A stretch of DNA of 32,000 nt, taken from positions 750,001 to 782,000 of the forward strand of contig CP091279.1 of the NCBI GenBank assembly GCA_021650915.1, given 5' to 3'. Under the pieces are notes generated by a model, which was not told where the DNA came from, ran no database searches, and saw nothing but the letters and a program-made list of their open reading frames with translations. A program made the translations under genes and the position numbers. This DNA is from Candidatus Brocadia sp. (GTDB lineage Bacteria > Planctomycetota > Brocadiia > Brocadiales > Brocadiaceae). Of the stretch, positions 1-9,500 are shown piece after piece. The stretch's first letter is position 1, and each line of letters starts with the position of its first letter.

Positions 1-848
1 ACAAAGCTGAACTGATACACACCCTCAAACCAACAGATTCGATAAAGGGCATTATTCACTTTGCCGCATTTAAGTCTGTGCCTGAGAGCGTGGCCGATCC
101 ATTGTTGTACTATCACAATAACATGGAAAGCCTTGTAAACATCCTTTACTTGTGCAGGGAGAAAAAAATCAGGGATTTTATTTTTTCTTCCTCCTGTTCC
201 GTGTACGGCAACATTAAAACACTGCCGGTAACTGAGGAAGTTGAACTGCCTGAAGCTGAGTCGCCATATGCTCATACCAAACAGATGGGGGAAGAGATGG
301 TGAAATCATTCACGAAATACACCCCGGAATTCAAATCTGTTTTACTCCGCTATTTTAATCCTGCCGGCGCTCATCCAAGCGCAAAAATCGGTGAACTGCC
401 TTTAGGACCTCCGACAAGCCTGGTGCCTGTGATTACCCGAACCGCTGCAGGGCTTATCCCCAAAATGTACGTCCACGGCGGTGATTATGAAACGAGAGAC
501 GGCTCCTGCATCAGGGACTACATCCACGTCAGCGACATTGCAGATGCGCACATTAAAGCGCTTGATTTTGTGCTGAAGGGTAAAAATCGGGAGGCTTGCA
601 GTTTATTCAATCTCGGCACCGGCAACGGCATCACGGTTTTTGAAGCGATCAAATCCTTCGAAAAAGTGTCGGGAAAAAAACTGAATTACGAGGTTGGGCC
701 CAGAAGAAGCGGGGATGTCGTGGCAATTTATGCCAACAACGATCTTGCGAGGAAAGAGCTCGGCTGGCAACCGAAGTACGGATTAGACGACATGATGCTC
801 TCGGCCTGGAAATGGCAACAGCATATTTCAACAATTACGGCAAAATAA
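1..848 (+). CDS. galE: UDP-glucose 4-epimerase, C-terminal part (5' end outside window)
   Basis: The frame of ORF 78-848 stays open back to nt 3 (...GIIHFAAFKSVPESV...), so the GTG at 78 is not the start. SDR catalytic Y-x-x-x-K in 'SPYAHTKQ'. 'LRYFNPAGAHPS' and 'DGSCIRDYIHVSD' blocks are typical of GalE. Stop TAA 846-848. Confidence 0.85.
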   Translation, partial: KAELIHTLKPTDSIKGIIHFAAFKSVPESVADPLLYYHNNMESLVNILYLCREKKIRDFIFSSSCSVYGNIKTLPVTEEVELPEAESPYAHTKQMGEEMVKSFTKYTPEFKSVLLRYFNPAGAHPSAKIGELPLGPPTSLVPVITRTAAGLIPKMYVHGGDYETRDGSCIRDYIHVSDIADAHIKALDFVLKGKNREACSLFNLGTGNGITVFEAIKSFEKVSGKKLNYEVGPRRSGDVVAIYANNDLARKELGWQPKYGLDDMMLSAWKWQQHISTITAK

Positions 849-1157
849 GATGCCGGTTGATGATACGAACAAATCCCCTGGCATAGAGACGTGTCTGAAT
901 ACCAACCCCGATGCACCTCATCAAACAATGACACGAATACAGTTGATGTCAATCCAGTGTTGCATCAAATAAAGCCTTTTCCAAGGTGATTCTCTGTTAA
1001 ACACGTGCACGTGGATTATGGCCATATCCTTCCAGCCCGAACAAGCCGGAAAAGCGAGTCAACCCTGACAGGGTTATCTCTATTCGCATATTTGCCAAAA
1101 ATGTCAAAATATTTTTCATTAGATACTATGAGGTTCTTATGACAAGAGAAGAGAAGC

Positions 1158-3584
1158 ATGGCTATCAAAAAATCTGAGCTCTACGGCTCCCTCTGGGCAA
1201 GTTGTGACGAACTCCGCGGCGGGATGGATGCCTCTCAGTATAAAGACTATGTGCTGGTACTGTTGTTCATCAAATACATCTCTGACAAATATACCGGGGT
1301 TCCCTATGCGCCTATTACGGTGCCCAAAGGCGCCAGCTTTCAAGACATGGTTGCCCTGAAAGGCAAGCCCACCATTGGCGATGACATTAACAAGAAGATC
1401 ATCGGAAAAATCGCCGAAGCCAACAAGCTTACCGGCACCATCGATGTCGCCGACTTCAACAGCGCCGATAAACTGGGCAGCGGCAAGGAGATGGTTGACC
1501 GCCTCTCCAATCTCATCGCCATCTTTGAAAACCCGGCGCTCGATTTCAGTAAGAACAGGGCAGAAGGGGACGATATTCTTGGCGATGCCTACGAATACCT
1601 GATGCGTCACTTTGCCACCGAGAGCGGCAAGAGCAAAGGACAGTTTTACACCCCGGCCGAGGTAAGCCGGATAATGGCGAAGATTATCACTTTTAACTCA
1701 AAAATAACGCCATCAACAACAGGGTATGATCCCACCTGCGGCTCTGCATCGCTACTGCTCAAGGTGGCCGATGAATCAGAATCGGGTATGACGATTTACG
1801 GGCAGGAGATGGACGTGGCCACCGCCGCCCTTGCCCGCATGAATATGATTCTGCACAACAACCCGACCGCAGAAATCAAACAAGGGAACACCCTTTCCGA
1901 TCCGTTGTTTCTGGACGAAAGAGGCAGGCTCAAGACCTTTGACTTTGTGGTGGCAAATCCTCCCTTCTCATACAAGGCATGGAGTAACGGATTTGCCGTT
2001 CAGGATGGCACCATAGCCGATATCCATGGTCGCTTCAAAGATTACGGTATACCCCCGAAGAAAAATGGAGACTATGCTTTTCTTCTGCACATCATCCGCT
2101 CCTTAAAGAGCAAAGGCAAGGGCGCCGTGATCCTCCCGCATGGGGTGCTGTTTCGCGGCGGCGCTGAGGGGGAAATAAGAAAAAATATCATTCGCAGGGG
2201 ATACATCAAAGGCATCATCGGCCTGCCTCCCAACCTCTTTTACGGCACCGGCATCCCCGCCTGCATTATTGTGCTGGACAAAGAAGGCGCAGAACACCGC
2301 AAAGGCATTTTCATGGTCGATGCCAGCAAGGGTTTCGAGAAAGACGGCAACAAAAACCGCCTGCGTGAACAGGACATCCACAAGATCGTGGATGTATTCA
2401 ACAAACAGCTCGAAATGGAAAAATACAGCCGCATGGCGCCGGTAACGGAGATCGAGGCCAATGAGTTTAACCTGAATATCCCCCGCTACATTGATAGCCA
2501 GGAGGGCGAGGACATTCAGCATATTGAGGCGCATTTGCTGGGCGGTATACCCAATGACGATATTGACGCCTTGCACTTGTATTGGGACGTTTATCCAACC
2601 CTGAGAAAGACATTATTCACGACGGGAAACCGTGTCAATTACAGCAAACTGCTTATTGCCCACGATGCCATAAAACCCACCATTTTTTCTCACCCGGAGT
2701 TTACTGCTTACAGTAAAAAAGTAGACACCGTATTCAGTCAATGGAAAAGCAAAAACATACCAAAACTGAGAGGCATTGCCGTTGGCGATAAACCCAAAAA
2801 ACTGATACACGAAATCTCGGAAGATTTACTGCAAGTATTTTCCAGCTTAAAGCTGATCGACAAATACGATGTTTACCAGCATCTCATGGTTTACTGGTCT
2901 GAAACCATGCAGGATGACGTGTATGCCCTGGTAAGCGACTGGTGGGAAGTGGGGAGAGAATTAGAAAGAGATAAAAAACAATGGGAAGGGCGCCTCATAC
3001 CCAAAGGGCTTATCGTTGCCCGCTATTTTGCGACAGAGCGAAAGGCCATTGATAATTTAGAGGCCGGCCGTGATGCGATTGTCAGACAAATGGAAGAGAT
3101 GGAAGAGGAACACGGCGGGGAAGAAGGGCTAATGGCCGATGCCAAAAACGATAAGGATAAGATTACTAAGGCCAGTGTGCAGAAACGCGTTAAAGAATTG
3201 ACAATGGATAATGAACAATGGGCAATTGAGGACAAGGAAGAATTAAAAATATTGAAGGTATATGTGAAGCTGGCAGAACAGGAAGCTGAAGAAAGCAAGA
3301 AAATCAGAGATGCACAGGCCGCCCTGGAGAAAAAGGTCTTTGATAAATACAAGACCCTTACTGAAGCCGAAAAAAAGATTCTTATAATAGAAGATAAATG
3401 GATGGCCGCGCTTGAAAGGGATATAAAAACTGAAATGGAGCGTATCAGCCAGCGGCTTACGGGACGCATCAAAGAACTGGCAGAACGCTATGAAGCCCCA
3501 TTGCCTGCCATCACTGCTGAAGTGGATGCGTTAGAGAAAAAGGTACACGGGCACCTGAAGAAAATGGGGTTGGTATGGAAATGA
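1158..3584 (+). CDS. hsdM: Type I restriction-modification system, DNA methyltransferase subunit M (long form, 808 aa)
   Basis: HsdM N-terminal domain 'SELYGSLWASCDELRGGMDASQYKDYVLVLLFIKYISD'. SAM motif I 'YDPTCGSASLL'. N6-adenine catalytic motif IV 'ANPPFS'. A Glu/Lys-rich helical extension of about 330 aa follows 'FNLNIPRYIDS'. Confidence 0.93.
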   Translation: MAIKKSELYGSLWASCDELRGGMDASQYKDYVLVLLFIKYISDKYTGVPYAPITVPKGASFQDMVALKGKPTIGDDINKKIIGKIAEANKLTGTIDVADFNSADKLGSGKEMVDRLSNLIAIFENPALDFSKNRAEGDDILGDAYEYLMRHFATESGKSKGQFYTPAEVSRIMAKIITFNSKITPSTTGYDPTCGSASLLLKVADESESGMTIYGQEMDVATAALARMNMILHNNPTAEIKQGNTLSDPLFLDERGRLKTFDFVVANPPFSYKAWSNGFAVQDGTIADIHGRFKDYGIPPKKNGDYAFLLHIIRSLKSKGKGAVILPHGVLFRGGAEGEIRKNIIRRGYIKGIIGLPPNLFYGTGIPACIIVLDKEGAEHRKGIFMVDASKGFEKDGNKNRLREQDIHKIVDVFNKQLEMEKYSRMAPVTEIEANEFNLNIPRYIDSQEGEDIQHIEAHLLGGIPNDDIDALHLYWDVYPTLRKTLFTTGNRVNYSKLLIAHDAIKPTIFSHPEFTAYSKKVDTVFSQWKSKNIPKLRGIAVGDKPKKLIHEISEDLLQVFSSLKLIDKYDVYQHLMVYWSETMQDDVYALVSDWWEVGRELERDKKQWEGRLIPKGLIVARYFATERKAIDNLEAGRDAIVRQMEEMEEEHGGEEGLMADAKNDKDKITKASVQKRVKELTMDNEQWAIEDKEELKILKVYVKLAEQEAEESKKIRDAQAALEKKVFDKYKTLTEAEKKILIIEDKWMAALERDIKTEMERISQRLTGRIKELAERYEAPLPAITAEVDALEKKVHGHLKKMGLVWK

Positions 3585-4682
3585 ACAGCCGTGAATTCTA
3601 CGGCGTCTTATTGAGCGATATTAAAACCCGCATTCGCCAGGCGCAGGCCAACGCAATGCTTTCAGTTAATAGTGAGATGATTGCGATGTACTGGGACATT
3701 GGCAGGATGATTCATGACCGTCAGGAGCAGGAAGGTTGGTCGGCATCGGTTATTCCCAGGCTCTCCAAAGACATAAGAAACGAACTCCCTGAAATGAAAG
3801 GATTTTCCGAACGAAATCTTGGCAGGATGCTCGCATTTTTCCGCAACTACCAAAGTATAGAAGACTTTTTGCCACAGCTTGTGGCAAAAAGTGATCGTGT
3901 GAAATATTTGCCACAAGTTGTGGCAAAAACAAAACTTAAAGATTTGCTCTTTGGTATACCATGGGGACACCATTCCTTGCTTATGGAAAAGATCAAAGAG
4001 TTTCCAGTCCGTCTCTGGTATATGGAGCAGACCATCCAAAAAGGATGGAGCAGAGATATGTTGGGACTAATGATAAAAAACAGAGAGCATGAACGGCAGG
4101 GAAAATCGGTAACGAATTTTAGTCGAACGATTCCCGATCCAGGGTCCGACCTTGCAAGGCAGTCCTTGAAAGACCCCTATATTTTTGACTTTCTGACGCT
4201 GACAGAACCTTTTAATGAACGGGAACTGGAGACAGAACTGATAAAGCATCTTGAAAAATTCTTGCTTGAGCTGGGCGGCGGTTTCGCTTTTGTAGGAAGG
4301 CAATATCATATCGAAGTAAGCGGTAATGATTTTTATATTGATTTGCTATTTTACCATCTGAAATTGCGCAGTTTCATAGTGATTGAGCTAAAAAAAGGCG
4401 ACTTCAGGCCGGAATACGCGGGGAAGATGAACTTTTACTGTTCCGCAATTGATGACATGCTCAAACACCCGACCGACCGACCAACCTACCATCGGCCTTA
4501 TTTTGTGTCAAACGAAAGACAGAGTTCTTGCCGAGTATGCATTGCGGGACATGCATAAACCCATCGGTGTATCCGAATATGAACTGACCCGCTCATTGCC
4601 GGAAAATCTGAAATCCAGCCTGCCGAGCATTGAGGAGATTGAAGCCGAGCTTGGCAGAACAGTGGGAGGTAGTAATGAGTAA
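3575..4682 (+). pseudogene. YhcG/DUF1016-family PD-(D/E)XK nuclease-like gene, interrupted by a +1 frameshift at a (CCGA)3 repeat
   Basis: N-terminus 'YGVLLSDIKTRIRQAQANAMLSVNSEMIAMYWDIGRMI' and 'IPWGHHSLLMEKIK' fit the family. Nuclease core 'FYIDLLFYHLKLRSFIVIELKKGDF' (D...E-x-K). The family C-terminus 'PTIGLILCQTKDRVLAEYALRDMHKPIGVSEY' continues in the +1 frame (ORF 4449-4682). Removing one CCGA unit at 4469-4480 restores a single 367-aa frame. The start may be ATG 3575 or ATG 3581 (ATGA overlap with the hsdM stop). Confidence 0.75.
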
Positions 4683-5943
4683 TGGAAAATTGAAAATGGA
4701 TAATTGCCAATTGCCCACGGTTAATTCTAAATTCAAAAGGACCGAGGTTGGGGGCATTCCGAATGATTGGGAAGTGAAGAGAATAGACGAATGCTCTAAA
4801 ATATGTGTAGGTAGAGATTTAATAGAAGCCCACTATTCACCAATTCAAGATCATAAATATCGATACCCAATTTATTCTAATACTGTCGATAATAGAGGTC
4901 TTTATGGATACTATGATATTGAAGAGTATAAAGGAGAAAGCTTAACAGTTGTTGGACGAGGGGTTGGATTAGGAACTGCATTTAAAAGAGATGGTGGATA
5001 TGGAGCAATCGGAAGATTGCTTATCCTATTCCCTCTTGAAAAATATGATGCTTCTTTTCTTACCGAATATATAAATCATAGAGTTAAGATTTTTGAGGAA
5101 AGCAGTGGAATTCCTCAATTGACAAGTGTTTCTTTATCAAAATACAAAATTCCCCTTCCTCCCACCAAAGCCGAACAAACCACCATTGCTGCTGCATTAA
5201 GCGATGCCGATGCACTCATTACACAATTAGAAAAGCTCATTGCCAAAAAGCGGAACATCAAAAGGGGGGCTATGCATGAGCTACTCACCGGCCAAAAACG
5301 CCTGCCGGGGTTTGAAATAAAGAAAGGTTACAAGCAGACCGAGATTGGGGTGGTTCCAAATGATTGGGAAATAAAAAAACTGGGTGAAGTAGTAGAAAAA
5401 TTTGTGAATGGAGGAACACCTTCAACACAAAATGAAAATTATTGGGCAGGACATATTCCTTGGATAACGGGTGCAGATATTTTGAATCAGAGGGTTTCTG
5501 AAATAAGAAGATACATTACGAAAGAAGCATTGAAAAACAGCGCAACAAATGTCATTGAAAAAGGAACTCTCTTACTTGTTTCAAGAACGGGAGTGGGTAA
5601 GTTAGCAATTGCACCATTTGACATAGCTATTAGTCAAGATTTTACAGGGGTTTATGTCAACAACAAAGTTCTGCAAACAGAATATCTCTATAGATATTTT
5701 GATTTCAAATCATCAATGCTCCAAAGCCAAAACCAAGGAACTTCTATAAAAGGAATCACAAGGGATACGTTAGCGTCAATTAAAATTCCACTTCCTACCA
5801 AAGCCGAGCAAGCCGCCATTGCCCAAGTCCTCAGCGATATGGATGCCGAAATAGAAGCCCTGGAAAAGAAGTTGGAAAAATACAAAATGATTAAACAGGG
5901 GATGATGCAGAATTTATTAACCGGGAAAATCAGGTTGGTATAA
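4675..5943 (+). CDS. hsdS: Type I restriction-modification system, specificity subunit S
   Basis: Two AT-rich variable target-recognition domains each open with 'PNDWE'. They are separated by conserved helical repeats 'LPPTKAEQTTIAAALSDADALITQLEKLIAKKRNIKRGAMHELLTG' and 'LPTKAEQAAIAQVLSDMDAEIEALEKKLEKYKMIKQGMMQNLLTG'. ATG 4675 has GGGAGGT just upstream and overlaps the upstream stop, so it is preferred over TTG 4630. Confidence 0.9.
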   Translation: MSNGKLKMDNCQLPTVNSKFKRTEVGGIPNDWEVKRIDECSKICVGRDLIEAHYSPIQDHKYRYPIYSNTVDNRGLYGYYDIEEYKGESLTVVGRGVGLGTAFKRDGGYGAIGRLLILFPLEKYDASFLTEYINHRVKIFEESSGIPQLTSVSLSKYKIPLPPTKAEQTTIAAALSDADALITQLEKLIAKKRNIKRGAMHELLTGQKRLPGFEIKKGYKQTEIGVVPNDWEIKKLGEVVEKFVNGGTPSTQNENYWAGHIPWITGADILNQRVSEIRRYITKEALKNSATNVIEKGTLLLVSRTGVGKLAIAPFDIAISQDFTGVYVNNKVLQTEYLYRYFDFKSSMLQSQNQGTSIKGITRDTLASIKIPLPTKAEQAAIAQVLSDMDAEIEALEKKLEKYKMIKQGMMQNLLTGKIRLV

Positions 5944-6509
5944 TGGAGAAATTCAAAAATAGATACCGCATTCCATCGGCACGGGCGCCGTGGTGGGATT
6001 ATTCATGGCGCGGGTGTTATTTCATCACCATTTGCACCGCACAGCATGAATGTATCTTTGGCAAAATTCGAGACGGACACATGCAACCATCGCACATGGG
6101 CGAAATCGTTTTGCGGGAATGGGAACAATCGTTTCACATTCGGGCGGAATTATTTTGCGATGCATTTGTATTGATGCCCAACCATCTGCACGCCATTGTG
6201 CGGATTGGGAATGCCGATCCCACCACAATCGTAGAGACGCACGGCCGTGCGTCTCTACAAATGCACACGAACACGGGCATTGCACATCGTTCGCCCCGAT
6301 CCATTTCATCATTTGTGGCGGGATTCAAATCATCTGCAACCAAACGCATCAACGAATTTCGCAATACGCCCAAAATACCGGTGTGGCAATCCCGTTTCCA
6401 TGACCACATCATCCGCAACGTGGATGAATATCATCGAATTGCAGATTATATCAGAACCAATCCAGAAAAATGGGAAAATGATACATTCTTTAAACAGGAA
6501 ATACGATGA
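5943..6509 (+). CDS. IS200/IS605-type HUH Y1 transposase homologue of the REP-associated (RAYT-like, COG1943-type) kind
   Basis: HUH motif in 'LMPNHLHAIV'. 'WQSRFHDHII' block. C-terminal tyrosine region 'YHRIADYIRTNPEKW'. No TnpB partner and no flanking IS ends. The start overlaps the hsdS stop (TAATG) and the stop overlaps the hsdR start (ATGA). Confidence 0.8.
   Translation: MEKFKNRYRIPSARAPWWDYSWRGCYFITICTAQHECIFGKIRDGHMQPSHMGEIVLREWEQSFHIRAELFCDAFVLMPNHLHAIVRIGNADPTTIVETHGRASLQMHTNTGIAHRSPRSISSFVAGFKSSATKRINEFRNTPKIPVWQSRFHDHIIRNVDEYHRIADYIRTNPEKWENDTFFKQEIR
6231..6258. repeat. Perfect 28-bp palindrome GTAGAGACGCACGG/CCGTGCGTCTCTAC inside the RAYT-like CDS
   Basis: Checked by hand: the reverse complement of 6231-6244 equals 6245-6258. 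It encodes VETHGRASLQ on the plus strand, and the same ETHGRASL peptide appears in minus-strand ORF 6025-6312. Confidence 0.9.
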
Positions 6510-9500
6510 ACAACATCGGCAAAAAAGAACGTGAAACCCAAAACAGGGTCATTGCCTTGTTCCAGGAAGAATTGGACTATCGCTACCTGGGCAATTGGGA
6601 AGACCGCCCGAACAACAGCAATATTGAAGAAGCAATTCTTCGCAAATATTTAAAAGAGAAAAAAGGCTATAAAAACACCCTTATCAGCAAGGCCTTATAT
6701 GAACTCGGCAAGGCGGCTAATAACCTGAACGATGGTTTATACAGCGCCAATAAAAAGGTATATCAACTGCTCCGTTACGGCGTAAAAGTCAAGTCAGAGG
6801 TCGGTGAAAACTATGAGACCGTTGAACTTATTGACTGGAAGCGCCCGCTTGAAAACGAATTTGCCATTGCCGAAGAAGTCACGATTCAGGGCAATAATGA
6901 AAAACGGCCGGATATTGTTATATACGTAAACGGCATAGCGCTTGGCGTATTGGAACTGAAACGGAGCACAATTTCCATAGGCGACGGTATCAGACAGAAT
7001 ATTGTCAACCAGCAGAAGGAATTTATCCAGTCCTTCTTTACCACCATCCAATGGGTATTTGCCGGGAATGATACCCAGGGGCTCCGCTATGGAACTATCG
7101 GCACACCTGAAAAATATTTTCTGAAGTGGAAGGAAGAAGGAGCGGGAGGAAATCTCCTTGATAAATACCTTTTAAAACTGTGCGATAAGGCGAGGTTTCT
7201 TGAAATCATCTACGACTTTACCCTGTTTGACGGAGGCAAGAAAAAATTGTGCCGTCCGCATCAATACTTTGGCATCAAGGCTGCACAGGGGCATGTGAAA
7301 AGACGAGAGGGCGGGATCATCTGGCATACGCAGGGCAGTGGTAAAAGCCTGGTAATGGTGTGGCTTGCCAAATGGATTCTTGAAAATAACCCCCATGCGC
7401 GCGTGGTGATTATTACCGACCGCGACGAGCTGGATAAACAGATAGAACGGATATTTACCGACGTTGGTGAACGCATGGCGCGCACCCGCAATGGCAGAGA
7501 CCTGATGGATCAACTGGGCAAGGCATTACCTCGCATGCTGTGTTCACTGGTGCATAAATTTGGCAGGAAGGGGGTCGATAATTTTGACGCATTCATTGAA
7601 GAAATAAAAAGGAGTTCCTCCCATACCGTGGGTGAGTTATTTATCTTCGTGGATGAATGCCACCGTACCCAATCGGGCAAGCTCCACAAAACGATGAAGG
7701 CAATATTAAAAAACGCCATCTTTATTGGCTTTACCGGAACGCCACTCTTAAAGCAAGATAGGCAAACCAGTCTGGAGGTATTTGGTAAATATATTCACAC
7801 TTATAAATTCAACGAGGCGGTGGATGATGAAGTGGTGCTGGATTTGGTGTACGAGGCCCGTGATATTGACCAGAAACTATCATCGCCTCAGAAGATAGAC
7901 GAATGGTTTGAGGCCAAGACCCGTGGTTTGAACGACTTTCAAAAATCTGAGCTCAAGAAGAGATGGGGCACGATGCAAAAGGTGCTGAGTTCCCGTTCCC
8001 GGCTGGAAAAGATTGTAAGCGACATCGTGTTCGATTTCAATGTAAAACCGCGTTTGAATTCGGACATGGGAAATGCCATGCTGGTGGCGTCAAGTATTTA
8101 TGAAGCATGCAGGTATTTTGAACTGTTTCAAACTACTGAATTGAAAGGCAAATGCGCCATTGTTACTTCATACAATCCGTCAACAAGGGATATAACAACG
8201 GAAGATACTGGCGCAAATACAGAAACGGAAAAGGAATATATCTACGACATCTATAAAACACTGCCTGGAAACAAGTCCACCGAGAAATACGAAGATGAAG
8301 CGAAGGAAAAGTTTGTAAAAGAGCCGTCAAACATGAAACTGCTTGTCGTGGTGGATAAACTCCTTACCGGGTTTGACGCGCCTCCCTGCACCTATCTCTA
8401 CATCGACAAAAGCATGCAGGATCATGGCTTATTTCAGGCTATCTGCAGGGTCAACCGGCTAGACAGCGATGACAAGGAGTTTGGTTACATCGTAGATTAT
8501 AAAGACCTGTTCAGGAAGGTTGAAAATGCCGTTGCTGTGTACACATCGGAACTTGATTATGATACATTTGAGAAAGGGGACGTGGATGTGTTATTAAAAG
8601 ACCGCCTGGAGAAAGGCAGGGAACGGCTGGACAATGCCCTGGAAGAAATAGCCTTATTATGCGAACCGGTAGCGCCGCCAAAAGACTCACTGGCGTATAT
8701 CCGCTACTTCTGTGGTGATCCGGAAAACGAAGAAGACCTGAAAGTCCATGAGGTAAAGAGAACCTCTCTTTATAAACAAACGGTGGCTGTGATACGCGCC
8801 TACGCCAATATCGCCGCGGAGATGGAAGAGGCAGGCTATACCCAGGCAGAGATTGCAGATATTAAAAAGAAAGTGGATTATTATCTGAAACTCAGAGAAG
8901 AAATCAGGAATGCCAGCGGAGAAACGCTCGATTTGAAGACCTATGAAGCCGATATGCGGCAGTTAATCGACACTTATATACAGGCGGAGGAATCCAGGAC
9001 AATTTCGCCTTTTGCGGATATGTCATTGCTGGATTTGCTTGTTAATTCCGGCATTGCTGATGCAATCAACCGTTTGCCCGAAGGAATTAAACGCAATAAA
9101 GAAGCAGTGGCGGAAACTATTGAAAACAACGTGCGGAAGAAGATCATGCAAGAGCATTTGACAGACCCTGCTTACTTTGAAGAAATGTCAAAGCTTTTGC
9201 ATGAAATTGTTAAAGAGAGAAGGACAAATGCCATCAATTATGAAGCATATTTAAAGAAGATCGCCGAATTGGCAAAGAAGGTAAGCAATCCTGCAAAGGA
9301 TAATTTGCCGGCAAGTATTAAAAGCAGTAACGCCAGACGGGCATTATACAATAACCTCAATTATGATGAGGAATTGGCTGTTGTAATGGACGAAGCCGTC
9401 AGATATGTAAAGAAGGCTGATTGGCGCGGAAATGACGCTAAAGAAAGAGAAATTAAAAAGGCGCTTTATGATATTCTGAAGGATGCCAATGAGGTAGAGC

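Noticed and set aside
1002-1075. CACGTGCACGTG (1002-1013) and AACCCTG-a-CAGGGTT (1061-1075) dyads upstream of hsdM as controller-protein operators
   Set aside because: They are short enough to occur by chance, and there is no controller (C) protein gene in the operon. I could only find a weak promoter match (ATGTCA-17-TACTAT) nearby.
1137-3472. Antisense and alternative-frame ORFs within hsdM (1137-1610 -, 1340-1522 -, 1375-1602 +, 2103-2576 -, 2240-2461 -, 2613-2810 -, 3023-3472 -)
   Set aside because: They have low-complexity or Ser/Ala-rich translations and no start context, and they fully overlap a gene with clear methyltransferase motifs.
4675-5943. Possible phase-variable hsdS (shufflon) system
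   Set aside because: There is only one hsdS gene, no inverted hsdS fragment, and no invertase or recombinase of the tyrosine or serine type. The internal repeats are the normal conserved helices of a two-TRD S subunit.
6025-6534. Four overlapping alternative-frame ORFs (6025-6312 -, 6050-6403 +, 6134-6418 -, 6247-6534 +)
   Set aside because: They all lie inside the RAYT-like CDS, which alone shows family motifs (HUH, Tyr block). They are a by-product of locally higher GC and the 28-bp palindrome, and none has an SD.
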